A stretch of DNA of 64,000 nt from a bacterium (GCA_017853915.1 JAFMIS010000001.1:2010-66009); one strand, 5' to 3'; shown: positions 42,549 to 52,675, numbered from the stretch's first letter. The notes: a model not told the origin generated them from the sequence alone. Numbers and translations are program-made.

Positions 42549-42630
42549 ACTGTCACCACGCTCGACGCAAACATACCAGGTACGCTGCTAGTGAGACAGG
42601 GTGCTGCAACTTTCGCCAATCGATTAAGAA

Positions 42631-43791
42631 TCAGTCCAAACGAAGCGGCATCACAATGCCGATCGATGACTCATCTGACTCAGCGTAGAATTTTCCTGGG
42701 CCGGTCTCTCCACCCAACTCAAGAATGAAGGGTTGGTTTTCACCAACAGTTCCAAGCGTGTCAATCAAATAGCGCGCGTTAAATCCTACCGAGAAGTCTC
42801 GTCCCTTGTATTGAACTTCAAGCTCTTCTTGAGCCTCACCAACCTCGGGAGATGAGCTTGATATCCGTACAAGGTTTGGGAAGAAGTCGAGACGAACGCC
42901 CTTATTTTTATCACTCACAACCAACGAAACACGTTTGAGAGCCTGCGCTAGGTGCGAGCTCAGCACCGCGATCTTGGTACCAGCCGCTTTTGGAAGCACC
43001 TGCTCGTAGTTTGGAAACTCACTATCAACGAGCTGTACCACGAGTTTCCACGATGAGCCCTGCACAACGAGGAAGCCCTGAATTACATCAACACCGACCG
43101 GCGCATCACCAACCGCTTCGAGTGCCTTACGCACCTCTGTCAAACCCTTGCGGGGAACGATGATGTGGTCTGTTACACCATCTCCCTTTTTGCTTCCCTT
43201 CTCCGTCAGCCCAGTAAAAGCAACTCCCTCAAGTGGTCGTGTGATGAGCGCGAGTCGATGCCCATCGGTCGCGACCATACGCAAGCAATGCGCGCGGCCC
43301 TCCTTCACGAGTTCCATACACACGCCATTCATGTTGTATCGTCCCTCGTCGAGAGAAACTGCGTAGAGGGTTTTATTGATCATTTCGCTCAGCGTCTGCG
43401 CTGAGATCTTACTCTTAGTCTCAAGGCTAAGACCTGGTGGAACTGGATACTCCTCCGCTCCGATACCAACTATCTTTAATTTTGAGCTCCCCGCGCTTAC
43501 TTCAACTCTATCGCGCTCCCCAGCTCGAATAGTCACTTCACCATCCGGCAACTCACGCACGAGATCGCCGAAAACCTTCGCTCCGACCGTAATGGAACCC
43601 TTCTTTTTTACCGTCGCGCCACACGACGCTACGGCTGTAATCTCAAGGTCACTTGCCGTGACTTTAAAATTCTTATCCTCAGCGCTTAAGAGTAGATTTC
43701 CTAAAATAGGCATCGTTGACTTCTTCTCGGCTATCGCCAACGTGATGTGAAGGAGTTTTGAAAGCTCTGATTTCGGAATTGTGATCTCCAT
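42631..43791 (-). CDS. dnaN: DNA polymerase III beta clamp
   Basis: MPIL.N, VATDGHRL, IVPRK, FPNYEQV, FNARY, VMPLR. Confidence 0.97.
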   Translation of the reverse strand: MEITIPKSELSKLLHITLAIAEKKSTMPILGNLLLSAEDKNFKVTASDLEITAVASCGATVKKKGSITVGAKVFGDLVRELPDGEVTIRAGERDRVEVSAGSSKLKIVGIGAEEYPVPPGLSLETKSKISAQTLSEMINKTLYAVSLDEGRYNMNGVCMELVKEGRAHCLRMVATDGHRLALITRPLEGVAFTGLTEKGSKKGDGVTDHIIVPRKGLTEVRKALEAVGDAPVGVDVIQGFLVVQGSSWKLVVQLVDSEFPNYEQVLPKAAGTKIAVLSSHLAQALKRVSLVVSDKNKGVRLDFFPNLVRISSSSPEVGEAQEELEVQYKGRDFSVGFNARYLIDTLGTVGENQPFILELGGETGPGKFYAESDESSIGIVMPLRLD

Positions 43792-43799
43792 TCGACTTC

Positions 43800-44180
43800 C
43801 TATTTGTACTTAGATATTTAATAAAGATAGTGAATAGTAATAAGTAAGGCTTCTCTCTGGGGAAAATCAACTTAAACTTTTGTTTTTTTTATACTTCATA
43901 GCGATCAAAAGGTGTGAAAAAACTCTGGGTAATTTTCTAAATTTTCCACACCCCATCCCAGCACCACCGCCCCGACGTAGTAGCTGACGCGTTATACCCA
44001 ACTTATCCACAACCTTTTCCACACCACTCACGAACTGAACGCATAGACAGAGTGGATAAACATATCGTGAGGGGCTTTTGTTGGTTGTGGAAAAAGATGT
44101 TGAAAGACACTGGAAAAGAGAGATATCCACAGAAGGTATAAACTGTGGATATGGTTACTATATTATTGATTTTATTGAAT
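43800..44180. promoter_or_regulatory. oriC: oriC: DnaA-box cluster and AT-rich unwinding region between dnaA and dnaN
   Basis: Perfect TTATCCACA 44003-44011; near-consensus boxes at 43942, 43992, 44015, 44051, 44086, 44123, 44144; AT-rich TAG/TAA run about 43810-43847. Confidence 0.88.
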
Positions 44181-45776
44181 TTACCCGAGTATTGATTTCT
44201 CGATACTTTCGATTATCCCCTTAACTTCCGCATCTGTTGATAACTTGCTTGATACGACCGTAGCCGCATGAATAACGCTTGAATGATCACGCCCACCAAA
44301 GTGCTCGCCGATCTCAGGGTATGAGGCAGTCGTGTGTTTACGACAGAGATACATCGCGATGTGACGGGGAAAGGAGAGGTTCTTGGTACGCCGCTTTGAG
44401 ATTATCTCGCTGACTTTGATATTGAAGTGAGTAGCAACCGCCTTTTTGATGTCATCGACCGTGACATGCACAACTTTTGGTTGCAAGAGCGGCTTCAAAG
44501 CAGCTTTCGCCATTTCGAGCGAGATAGGAACGCTTTGAATAGAGCTTACCGCGTGTAGTCGCGTCAGAGCACCCTCAAGCTCACGAACGTTCGACGAGAT
44601 CTTCTCAGCGATTAAGTGACTTACCTCGTGCGGAAGATTGAATTCATCTACGAGCGCTTTCTGTTTAAGGATCGCCACGCGGGTTTCGAAGTCAGGTGCC
44701 TGTAAATCAGCAGTAAGTCCCCATGAGAAACGAGTTTGTAGTCGCTCCTCAATTCCAGGAATATCGGTAGGAATTTTATCGGAAGTGATAACGATCTGAC
44801 GTTTGGCGCTGTAGAGAGCGTTGAAGGTGTGGAAGAACTCCTCCTGTGTGCGCTCCTTTCCACTAATGAACTGAATATCATCAATTAAGAGAACTTCGAT
44901 GGTTCGAAGGCGACGCTTAAATTCATCCATCTTGGCGTGACGGAGAGCAAGAATCAGCTCGTTGGTAAATGTCTCCGATGACATGTACAAGACTCGCGAG
45001 GACGGCGATCGCTGCAGGACAGCATTACCGATCGCGTGCAGTAAGTGAGTCTTTCCAAGACCTACGCCTCCATAGATGAAGAGCGGGTTGTAGCTTTGGC
45101 CCGGTTTCTCCGCCACTCGCATAGCGGCCGCGTGACAGAACTGATTGCTATTTCCAACGACAAAGTCAGCGAACGTGTAGCGAGGGTTAATATTATTATA
45201 GACCTGAGTGTCAATCGGATCAGGCCGATTATCCGCAGTATTCTGAGAGTTCTGAGGTTGCTGCTCCGAGTCCCCCGCCTCAGTCTTTCGAACCCTCCTT
45301 ACGACAAACGGCGTTGGAATTTTACGCTCATCGTCACCCTGCTCATCCGACTCAGCCGGGCGCTCAACAGGAACAACGGAGAGAGACAACTCTCCGCATG
45401 CCGCGTAGTGAGCCAATCGATCTCGCAACGAGCTCGCGAATCGAGATGTAACGTAGTTGCATATTAATCGCGATGGGCCTCGAACGATAACATGCGCTGT
45501 TGTTGAAGCGGCAGCATCCAACTCCAATGGCTCTATGTATGCCGCGACGATGTGTTGGTTAGCGTTCTTGCATACATCAGCGATCGCAAGCGCCCAACAC
45601 TGTTCAATCGTATTTTCTTGAGCGCTCTCGAGCGAGTTGCTGTGAAGAGATTGCTCACCTAATGATTCTCTGCTGGAATTTTTTTGATTGGTGGAAAGAG
45701 AAGATGAAGCTGAGATGATCTCAGCAGCGTCGATATCGCTCGGGCCAAAAGATTCTGGCACCAGATTTTCGCTCAT
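44181..45776 (-). CDS. dnaA: Chromosomal replication initiator DnaA
   Basis: YTF..FVVG.SN, YNPLFIYGGVGLGKTHL, IDDIQF, QEEFFHTFN, GGRDHSSV; start uncertain (45776 or 45836). Confidence 0.98.
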   Translation of the reverse strand: MSENLVPESFGPSDIDAAEIISASSSLSTNQKNSSRESLGEQSLHSNSLESAQENTIEQCWALAIADVCKNANQHIVAAYIEPLELDAAASTTAHVIVRGPSRLICNYVTSRFASSLRDRLAHYAACGELSLSVVPVERPAESDEQGDDERKIPTPFVVRRVRKTEAGDSEQQPQNSQNTADNRPDPIDTQVYNNINPRYTFADFVVGNSNQFCHAAAMRVAEKPGQSYNPLFIYGGVGLGKTHLLHAIGNAVLQRSPSSRVLYMSSETFTNELILALRHAKMDEFKRRLRTIEVLLIDDIQFISGKERTQEEFFHTFNALYSAKRQIVITSDKIPTDIPGIEERLQTRFSWGLTADLQAPDFETRVAILKQKALVDEFNLPHEVSHLIAEKISSNVRELEGALTRLHAVSSIQSVPISLEMAKAALKPLLQPKVVHVTVDDIKKAVATHFNIKVSEIISKRRTKNLSFPRHIAMYLCRKHTTASYPEIGEHFGGRDHSSVIHAATVVSSKLSTDAEVKGIIESIEKSILG

Positions 45777-46115
45777 CGTTCCTCTCACTGTGGTGAACCC
45801 GAGGCGGAGACATGTCGTGATGACGCGCCCCGCCATCTGAAGGCAGAAGAAGCGTTATAGTACGGGGGGAAAATTTTACAAGAATTTAGATGAAATTTTT
45901 TGAAGCGAGCCCGAGTGGATGGTAGCGCCGAAAAGCGCTTATTTCAAGTGAATTAAACAAAAATTCCTGCGAGTGCTCGCGGTTGATTTTGGAGTCCTCG
46001 CGCGTGGGCTGCGCTAAGTGCGCGATTGTGACCTTGAGTGCCCTATACAACGTAGCAAGCGTTTGCCTTCTTTCCCCTAATCTTATACAACATAGCCCGG
46101 CAAAGCCGCTTAGTT

Positions 46116-46841
46116 ATGGAAAACCATTACACCTATTTTCACTCTCTCGGTTTGACCGACGCTAACCATCAAAAGCTGGCAACAGCGATCGCGGTTGGCA
46201 TGGCGCTTATCTTTATTGGCGCGGGGTGTGCTAAGACCCTCTCACGAAAGAGAAATAGACTAGGCGCGCAAGATGGAGTCGTTCCTGACGCGAAAATTAC
46301 GTCGGCCGGGATAGCTGATTTTCTGATTGATAGCTTGGTGTCGTTTCAGGATTCGATATTGGGCAAGGAGAATCGCAAGTACCTACCAATTACAGGGACC
46401 GTATTTCTCTACGTTTTTGTTCTTAATGTCATTGGTCTTATTCCGGGAATCCCAGCGGCAACCACGTCCGTATGGACAACGGTTCCCGTAGCGCTCTTCA
46501 TCTTCCTCTCTTTTAACTACTACGGAATTAAAGAGCAGGGTTGTGTGCACTACATAAAGCACTTTGCTGGGCCGGTGTGGTGGCTGGCATTCCTCATCTT
46601 TCCGCTTGAGGTATTTGGAACGTTTCTTCGTATTCTCACTCTAAACCTTCGTCTTTATTGGAATATATCCGCTGACCACATGGTTCTAGGGACATTTACA
46701 GGGCTCGTCCCGTACCTGGTTCCAGTAATATTCTACGCGCTTGGAACATTTGTCTGTTTTATGCAGGCATTCGTTCCCACAGTTCTCACAATGATATACA
46801 TTATGCTCGCCACGCAGCACGAAGAGAGCGAGCACCACTGA
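46116..46841 (+). CDS. atpB: ATP synthase F0 subunit a
   Basis: N.IGLIPG, R.LTL.LRL..NI.ADH, QAFV..VLT.IYI. Confidence 0.93.
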   Translation: MENHYTYFHSLGLTDANHQKLATAIAVGMALIFIGAGCAKTLSRKRNRLGAQDGVVPDAKITSAGIADFLIDSLVSFQDSILGKENRKYLPITGTVFLYVFVLNVIGLIPGIPAATTSVWTTVPVALFIFLSFNYYGIKEQGCVHYIKHFAGPVWWLAFLIFPLEVFGTFLRILTLNLRLYWNISADHMVLGTFTGLVPYLVPVIFYALGTFVCFMQAFVPTVLTMIYIMLATQHEESEHH

Positions 46842-46888
46842 GTATTAGATCGCTTTTATAAGTTTCACGTAGCATCAACAACAAGGAG

Positions 46889-47218
46889 ATGAAGATGAAA
46901 ACATTAGGAAAAATCGCACAAAAGTTCGCCTACAGCGCCGCGGCTCTCGTAGCTGCCGTTGCTCCGATCGCTTCAGCTGTAGCTGAGGATGGTCACGCTG
47001 CTGGCGGTTCATCGTTTGGCCCTATTGGCGCCGGTTTAGCGATCGGTTTGGCTGTAATTGGTGGCGGCATGGGACAGGGAAAGGCTGTGGCAGCGATGCT
47101 TGAGTCGTTCGGTCGCAACCCATCAGTTGGCGGAAAGCTTCTCGTACCGATGCTTATCGGTATGGCGCTGATCGAGTCGCTCGTAATTCTCGCCTTCCTA
47201 ATCGCTCTCAAAGCCTAA
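46889..47218 (+). CDS. atpE: ATP synthase F0 subunit c
   Basis: G.GL..G.A..GGG.GQG, RNP loop, ALIES. Confidence 0.96.
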   Translation: MKMKTLGKIAQKFAYSAAALVAAVAPIASAVAEDGHAAGGSSFGPIGAGLAIGLAVIGGGMGQGKAVAAMLESFGRNPSVGGKLLVPMLIGMALIESLVILAFLIALKA

Positions 47219-47251
47219 GAAGCCTAGAAGAGCGTTGACGCTACAAGAGAG

Positions 47252-47284
47252 GAGGGGGTCGTCGAAAGATGACCCCCTCTTTTT
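47252..47284 (+). terminator. Intrinsic terminator of atpBE
   Basis: GAGGGGGTCGTC-GAAA-GATGACCCCCTC followed by TTTTT. Confidence 0.9.
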
Positions 47285-47337
47285 ATTTGAAAGCTATCCT
47301 CAAGTTGCTCACTGGTTTTCCTCCAGCAGCCAACAGG

Positions 47338-47470
47338 TTATCCACAGGATTTGTGTTGTGCTGTGGAAAACTACCCTAACAAGCTGGAAGTAGAGCATAA
47401 AAATATCCACACTTTAACCTGGTTAAAATCTTTTCCACAGGCAGGTGTGGATAGCGTGGATAATTCCACA
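47338..47470. promoter_or_regulatory. Second DnaA-box cluster
   Basis: TTATCCACA 47338 (perfect); near-consensus at 47362, 47403, 47431, 47446, 47455, 47462. Confidence 0.85.
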
Positions 47471-47475
47471 GGCAT

Positions 47476-47500
47476 AAAAAAAGCGCCCGAGTGGGCGCTT
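47476..47500 (-). terminator. Intrinsic terminator of trxB
   Basis: AAGCGCCC-ACTC-GGGCGCTT continuing into a T run on minus strand. Confidence 0.85.
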
Positions 47501-47529
47501 ACAACTACTGAGTGATTGGTTCATCGCTT

Positions 47530-48483
47530 TTACTGATGGTGGGACTCGAGCCACCGCTCAGCTTCGATAGCGGCCATACACCCTGAGCCCGCGGCTGTGA
47601 TGGCTTGACGAAAGACGTGATCCTGAACATCTCCGCACACGAATACGCCTGGCACTCGAGTGGAGGCAGAGTTTGGTTCATGAAGAAGATACCCGTTTGA
47701 ATCCATACCGAGCTGTTCAACAAATAGCTGCGAGTTGGGCGTATGCCCAATCGCCACAAAGAGCGCATCGGTCGCAAGTGTTGAGGTCTCTTTTGTTTGA
47801 GTATCCTCGAGTACAAGACCGGTTACGCCATCCTTCTTGGAGCCCTCGACCGATACAACGTGCTTGTTCCACACCATCTCAATCTTTGGATTGGAGAGCA
47901 CCCGATCCTGCATGATCTTTGACGCGCGCAGGTTCTCTCGGCGGTGTATCAAGTAGAGCTTGCTCGCGAAGCGGGTTAAAAAAGAAGCCTCCTCACACGC
48001 GGAATCGCCACCACCAACCACGGCAATTACCTTGTTGCGGAAAAACGCCCCGTCACACGTGGCACACGTTGAAACACCAAAACCCAATAATTCACGCTCA
48101 TTTTTGGCCCCTATGTACTTGGGCGCGGCGCCAGTGGCGATGATCAGCGAGTCGCAACTGTAAGAACCTGACTGGCCCTGCAAGGTAAAAGGTCTACGAG
48201 AGAGATCGGCTTTCATCACCGTATCCACAACAACGGTCGTGCCGAATCGAGATGCTTGTTTCTCCATGAGTTGCATGAGCTCAGGTCCCATAACGCCCTC
48301 GGGAAAGCCCGGAAAATTCTCAACATCCGTTGTGGTTGTAAGCTGTCCACCAGCCAATGGCCCATGCAACAGAAGTGGCGAGAGATTAGCGCGCGCGGTG
48401 TAGATAGCCGCGGTAAGCCCGGCGGGGCCAGAGCCTAAAATGATAACTTTGTGATGAGTCACGGGTGCAGTAGGATTGGTCAT
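47530..48483 (-). CDS. trxB: Thioredoxin-disulfide reductase
   Basis: GSGPAGLTAA, CATCDG, GGGDSA.EE, HRR, RQAITAAG.G. Confidence 0.97.
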   Translation of the reverse strand: MTNPTAPVTHHKVIILGSGPAGLTAAIYTARANLSPLLLHGPLAGGQLTTTTDVENFPGFPEGVMGPELMQLMEKQASRFGTTVVVDTVMKADLSRRPFTLQGQSGSYSCDSLIIATGAAPKYIGAKNERELLGFGVSTCATCDGAFFRNKVIAVVGGGDSACEEASFLTRFASKLYLIHRRENLRASKIMQDRVLSNPKIEMVWNKHVVSVEGSKKDGVTGLVLEDTQTKETSTLATDALFVAIGHTPNSQLFVEQLGMDSNGYLLHEPNSASTRVPGVFVCGDVQDHVFRQAITAAGSGCMAAIEAERWLESHHQ

Positions 48484-48518
48484 ACACGCCTTACGCAAAA
48501 AAGGGTTCGGTAGCCGCA

Positions 48519-50108
48519 GTGTATTCTAGGATTAAAAAGTTACTGATTGCAAATAGAGGTGAGATCGCCCGTCGAATTATTCGAGCCTGCGAGAGTCTGG
48601 GAATTGAGACGGTACTCGTGGCCTCGGATCCAGACCAAAAGTCACTGGCCGCTCAGGAAGCTGGAGGGGTCGTCGCGCTTGCTGGCTCAACGGCTCGTGA
48701 AACCTATCTTAACAAGGAGGCGATAATCGCCGCCGCCCGATCTACGGGTTGCGACGCGATACACCCTGGATATGGCTTTCTTTCGGAGGATGGCGATTTC
48801 GCCCAAGCCGTTATCGACGCCGGATTGATATTTGTTGGTCCATCGCCCCAAAGCATTCGGGCGCTTGGTGTTAAAACCACAGCTCGCGAGACGGTAACCC
48901 GGGCGGGGGTCCCTGTGACGCCGGGCAGCTTTTCAGCTGGATCTGATGAGGACCTAGAGCGGGCAGCTCATGGGATTGGGCTTCCGGTCATAATAAAGGC
49001 GGCCGCTGGCGGGGGTGGGCGTGGAATGCGGATCGTTCGGGCGATCGAGGAGATGCGCGAGTCCCTTGCGCAAGCCAGGTCGGAAGCGCTCAAGAATTTC
49101 GGCAGTCCGGATGTTTTCATCGAGAAATATATCGAGGAGCCGAGGCACGTTGAGGTGCAGATTTTCGGAGATACTCACGGAAAGGTTATTCATTTCGGGA
49201 CCCGAGACTGCTCAAGTCAACGACGTCACCAAAAGCTTCTGGAGGAGGCACCGGCGCCCTTTCTTGATCCTGACATCCGCGAGAAGATCCACCATGCGGC
49301 GGTTGCTGCAGCGAAAAGCGTTGGCTACTACAACGCAGGCACTGCGGAGTTCCTCGTGAAGGGGCGTGATTTTTACTTCCTTGAGATAAACACGAGGATT
49401 CAAGTGGAGCACCCAATTACCGAGGCTATTACCGGGATCGATCTCGTCGCGCTTCAAATAAAAGTCGCGATGGGAGAGCCTCTTCCATGTGAGCAGAGCG
49501 AGGTACGTTTTCAGGGTCATGCGATCGAGCTCCGAATTAACGCCGAAGATAGCATGGAGGGATTTCGACCCGCGACGGGAACGATTGCCTCATGGACACG
49601 AGCAAGCATAGTCGGCATTCGAGAGGATAGCGGTTACCAAGAGGGAGACACGATACCGCCTTTTTACGATTCACTCCTTAGTAAGGTGATAGTGCGCGGT
49701 GAAACGAGGGCTCACGCGCTCTCAGAGGCCTTTCAGTTTTTACGAGGATACGCCATTGAGGGCGTACCTACGACGATTCCATTTCATGCCTGGATCCTCT
49801 CCAATCCGCAGTTCCAAGAGAACGGCATCGATATCGGGTATGTTGAAAGAACGTTTACCGCGGAGGGGGCGCGCGAGGCGCTAGCACTCCTTGCGCGAGA
49901 TCCGGCCCATCGAGAGCCGGGACCAGATGGCTCTCCATACCAGGAGATCGTGACGGGGAGCGCGCTTCCAGCCGGCGCTGTATCACTTACTGTGGTGCAT
50001 GAGCAGGGGGGCACATTTCTCGCGGTCCCAGTTGATGCTCACGGACAAACCTTGCCTAAAGAGCATTGGCGACGCGCGCTCACTCGAGCCGCGCTTGTGG
50101 GCTCATGA
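48519..50108 (+). CDS. Biotin carboxylase subunit (AccC/PccA-like), no biotinyl domain
   Basis: IANRGEIA, HPGYGFLSE, GGGGRG, RDCS.QRRHQK, EINTRIQVEH. Confidence 0.92.
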   Translation: MYSRIKKLLIANRGEIARRIIRACESLGIETVLVASDPDQKSLAAQEAGGVVALAGSTARETYLNKEAIIAAARSTGCDAIHPGYGFLSEDGDFAQAVIDAGLIFVGPSPQSIRALGVKTTARETVTRAGVPVTPGSFSAGSDEDLERAAHGIGLPVIIKAAAGGGGRGMRIVRAIEEMRESLAQARSEALKNFGSPDVFIEKYIEEPRHVEVQIFGDTHGKVIHFGTRDCSSQRRHQKLLEEAPAPFLDPDIREKIHHAAVAAAKSVGYYNAGTAEFLVKGRDFYFLEINTRIQVEHPITEAITGIDLVALQIKVAMGEPLPCEQSEVRFQGHAIELRINAEDSMEGFRPATGTIASWTRASIVGIREDSGYQEGDTIPPFYDSLLSKVIVRGETRAHALSEAFQFLRGYAIEGVPTTIPFHAWILSNPQFQENGIDIGYVERTFTAEGAREALALLARDPAHREPGPDGSPYQEIVTGSALPAGAVSLTVVHEQGGTFLAVPVDAHGQTLPKEHWRRALTRAALVGS

Positions 50109-50145
50109 TCGTTCGCTCGCGCGACTACCGCACTCGACGAAAGCG

Positions 50146-50868
50146 CTACACGAGACGAAGATCTTTCAACGCCTGATCAGATAGCTCATGGAGATAGGGA
50201 CTCTCAAGAGTCATTGACTGACCCGTGGTCGGATGCTGAAACCTAATCGTACACGCGTGGAGGAAAAATTCACGTTGGGCGACACACAAGCCGCTTAGCG
50301 AGGAGCGTGCTCCGTAGAGAGCGTCACCTACCAACGGATGCCCCACATATGCCGCGTGGGCGCGAATCTGATGTCGTCGCGCCGGAGAGGCAACAGCCTC
50401 CACAAGGGAGCAGTTGATCACTGGATTGAAGGAGAGGGGCGAAAACACGGTAGTGCCTGGGAGGGCCCGAGCGCTCTTTGGGGGTTCATTTTCGTATACG
50501 CGCACCTTCGCTGCTCCACGGTGAGGCGATCCGATAAACGAAGACAAGGTGCGACGGGTCGTAAAATCTCCTTCAACGAGCGCGACATAGGTCTTCTGAA
50601 TCGAACCGGCCAGCAGCTCCTCAAACAGTTTCTGCCACACATCGCGAGACTTCGCGCCCAGTACGATGCCGCTTGTTTCGCGATCAAGTCGCTGAATAAG
50701 TCCAGCATCGCCAGAAGCCGGGGATGCCTGAGCGAGGTCTGGATAGTGCGTAAGGAGCAGATCCGCCAGCGACGCGCCCCCACCGCTACGGAGCTGTACC
50801 GTATGGAGACCGGCCGGCTTGTAGGCAGCAAAAACGCAATCATCGTTGTAGAGCAGGGTGAGAGACAT
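50146..50868 (-). CDS. RluA-family pseudouridine synthase
   Basis: KPAG, RLDRETSG, HQIRAH....GHPLVGD..YG, LHA. Confidence 0.92.
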   Translation of the reverse strand: MSLTLLYNDDCVFAAYKPAGLHTVQLRSGGGASLADLLLTHYPDLAQASPASGDAGLIQRLDRETSGIVLGAKSRDVWQKLFEELLAGSIQKTYVALVEGDFTTRRTLSSFIGSPHRGAAKVRVYENEPPKSARALPGTTVFSPLSFNPVINCSLVEAVASPARRHQIRAHAAYVGHPLVGDALYGARSSLSGLCVAQREFFLHACTIRFQHPTTGQSMTLESPYLHELSDQALKDLRLV

Positions 50869-50879
50869 CGTGTGTAGAA

Positions 50880-51590
50880 TTACAGCGCGAGCTCAGCGCT
50901 GCGCAATATGAGATTCGGATCTGGGCAGAGAGCGAGGAAATACTCCCTCTGCGACTCAGCGGCAACACCAGGATAGTCTCCACGTTTATCGAGCATATCG
51001 ATAATAATCTGGAAGTGAAGGTGAGGCGGCCAATCCCCATTGATGGGGGGAGCGCCAAACCGTCCAAGCTCCTCTCCGCGCTGAATCGTCATCCCAGGAG
51101 CCTTGTTGTGCAGAGATTCTCTCGAGAGATGACCGTAAAGAGTATGGAACGACTGATCTGACACGGTATGGGTAAGGATAATCGTTGGTCCGTAATCACC
51201 AAATAGCGCGTTGTCCTGGAGGCTGTGAATCGTTGCATCATAGGGCGCAAATACCGGCGTCTCAGCGGGGGCCCAGATATCCACCCCCAGGTGGATAGAT
51301 CGAATCTCCTCGCCCTGTGAGAACTGCTCGCCGCGCGCATACCAACCACGTTTTTCATTGTAGCCGCCGATCCCAACTGGAGCACCGGACTCGGTCAGCA
51401 GCGTGTTCAGAAGAGCTGTTACTTCTCGATTGTTGGTGCAGTCGGTCTGTGCCACCAGTGGATTATTGAGAGAGAGATCGATCCGCGCTGTGTGAGGTCG
51501 ACAAAGCGGGATCGCTACCACCGGGTGGGGGGAGGATGAACGAATTGCGGCCACGATCTGTTCGTGTCGCTCAGCGAGTTTCGATGTCAT
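50880..51590 (-). CDS. M23-family peptidase
   Basis: GGYNE.R, HLGVD, DYGPTIIL.H, LYGHLS, WPPHLHFQ. Confidence 0.88.
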   Translation of the reverse strand: MTSKLAERHEQIVAAIRSSSPHPVVAIPLCRPHTARIDLSLNNPLVAQTDCTNNREVTALLNTLLTESGAPVGIGGYNEKRGWYARGEQFSQGEEIRSIHLGVDIWAPAETPVFAPYDATIHSLQDNALFGDYGPTIILTHTVSDQSFHTLYGHLSRESLHNKAPGMTIQRGEELGRFGAPPINGDWPPHLHFQIIIDMLDKRGDYPGVAAESQREYFLALCPDPNLILRSAELAL

Positions 51591-52378
51591 AAGTCGATCT
51601 CAAGAAACGTCGTAGCCTCATGGCGACTAAAGCCCTGTCTTTGCCAGAATCGCTCGGCGGCGCTATTTCCAGCGGTTGTCATAAGGTGCACGAAGCGCGC
51701 TCCGGCAGCGTGCAAAGCGGCCAGGGAGACATCGCTAAGAACCTGGCCTAATCCGTGATTTCGATGTTCGGGGGCAACCCACGTGTGAGATATAGTACCG
51801 TAAGACCCACAGCAGCCTCCGATTGAAACCCCTACGATAGAACCGCCATGCTCAACAACTTTGAAGAACCGATGTGGTTGCCCGATCTGACTTCGAATGA
51901 GCGGAAATTCCCAAGGCTTGAACGCGAGCTCCTCAACGTGAGTGAGATCGAGGCCGATTCGAATCAGATCCTCCTCGGTCCCGTTCCGCACGTTGTAGTG
52001 GTGGGAGAGTTGAGAGTGAGCCGAGGGCGGAGTAAGAAGAACACATTGATATAGGTGCTCGCCTGGGCACTCCTTGAAGCCGGCTTTAAGCGCAACATCT
52101 TTTAGATAACTCGAGTGATCAACGATGATATGCGCGCGTCGGACGCCTAAATTTCGCAATGCCTCAATCGACCGGTGAAGAAGTCGTGGCACATCCTGCG
52201 GATCCCGGGCTTGAATCTCTGAGATGAGGCCCCGAACGCCCAGAGAGCCAGCGGATGCTGTTGCTTGGAATGCCAGCGACGATGTCTGAAGAGGAGTCGA
52301 CTCGGCGGCAGGCCTCAGAGGTGCTGACGCCGCGCGATCGCTAGTAACAGAAGAAGATGAAAGGCTTGTTGTATTCAT
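51587..52378 (-). CDS. GNAT acetyltransferase (tandem, N-terminal domain degenerate)
   Basis: V.PEHRNHGLG motif A and N..A..FW...GF. Confidence 0.82.
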   Translation of the reverse strand: MNTTSLSSSSVTSDRAASAPLRPAAESTPLQTSSLAFQATASAGSLGVRGLISEIQARDPQDVPRLLHRSIEALRNLGVRRAHIIVDHSSYLKDVALKAGFKECPGEHLYQCVLLTPPSAHSQLSHHYNVRNGTEEDLIRIGLDLTHVEELAFKPWEFPLIRSQIGQPHRFFKVVEHGGSIVGVSIGGCCGSYGTISHTWVAPEHRNHGLGQVLSDVSLAALHAAGARFVHLMTTAGNSAAERFWQRQGFSRHEATTFLEIDL

Positions 52379-52675
52379 GAGTGTGGTAGAATTGAGAGCT
52401 ACCAGAGGACAGGTTTTTTAGCTGCCAAAGGAATGCTTGGACGAGGGACGCCGCTCGGCGTTTGACGAGAGCGGTCACAGGTGATGAAAACCCGAGCCAC
52501 AACGGACATCTTTCCAATCCGCACAGGAGCAGAGAAAACGCTGAGGGTTCTCTGGAATTCGGTTGATACATCGTGAGCGCTCATGCCTGTGCAATGTCTC
52601 ACTTTTCGCTGGCCTATGGTATGCTGAAGCGAAGCTTTTTCACTTTCACTACATTGTGTAATATTTATAACATTT

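Noticed and set aside
43867..44130. 87-aa ORF between dnaA and dnaN
   Set aside because: Overlaps the DnaA boxes of oriC; spurious
52400..52600. Known riboswitch (guanidine-I, SAM-I, lysine, T-box) upstream of the GNAT gene
   Set aside because: Consensus elements could not be matched by eye
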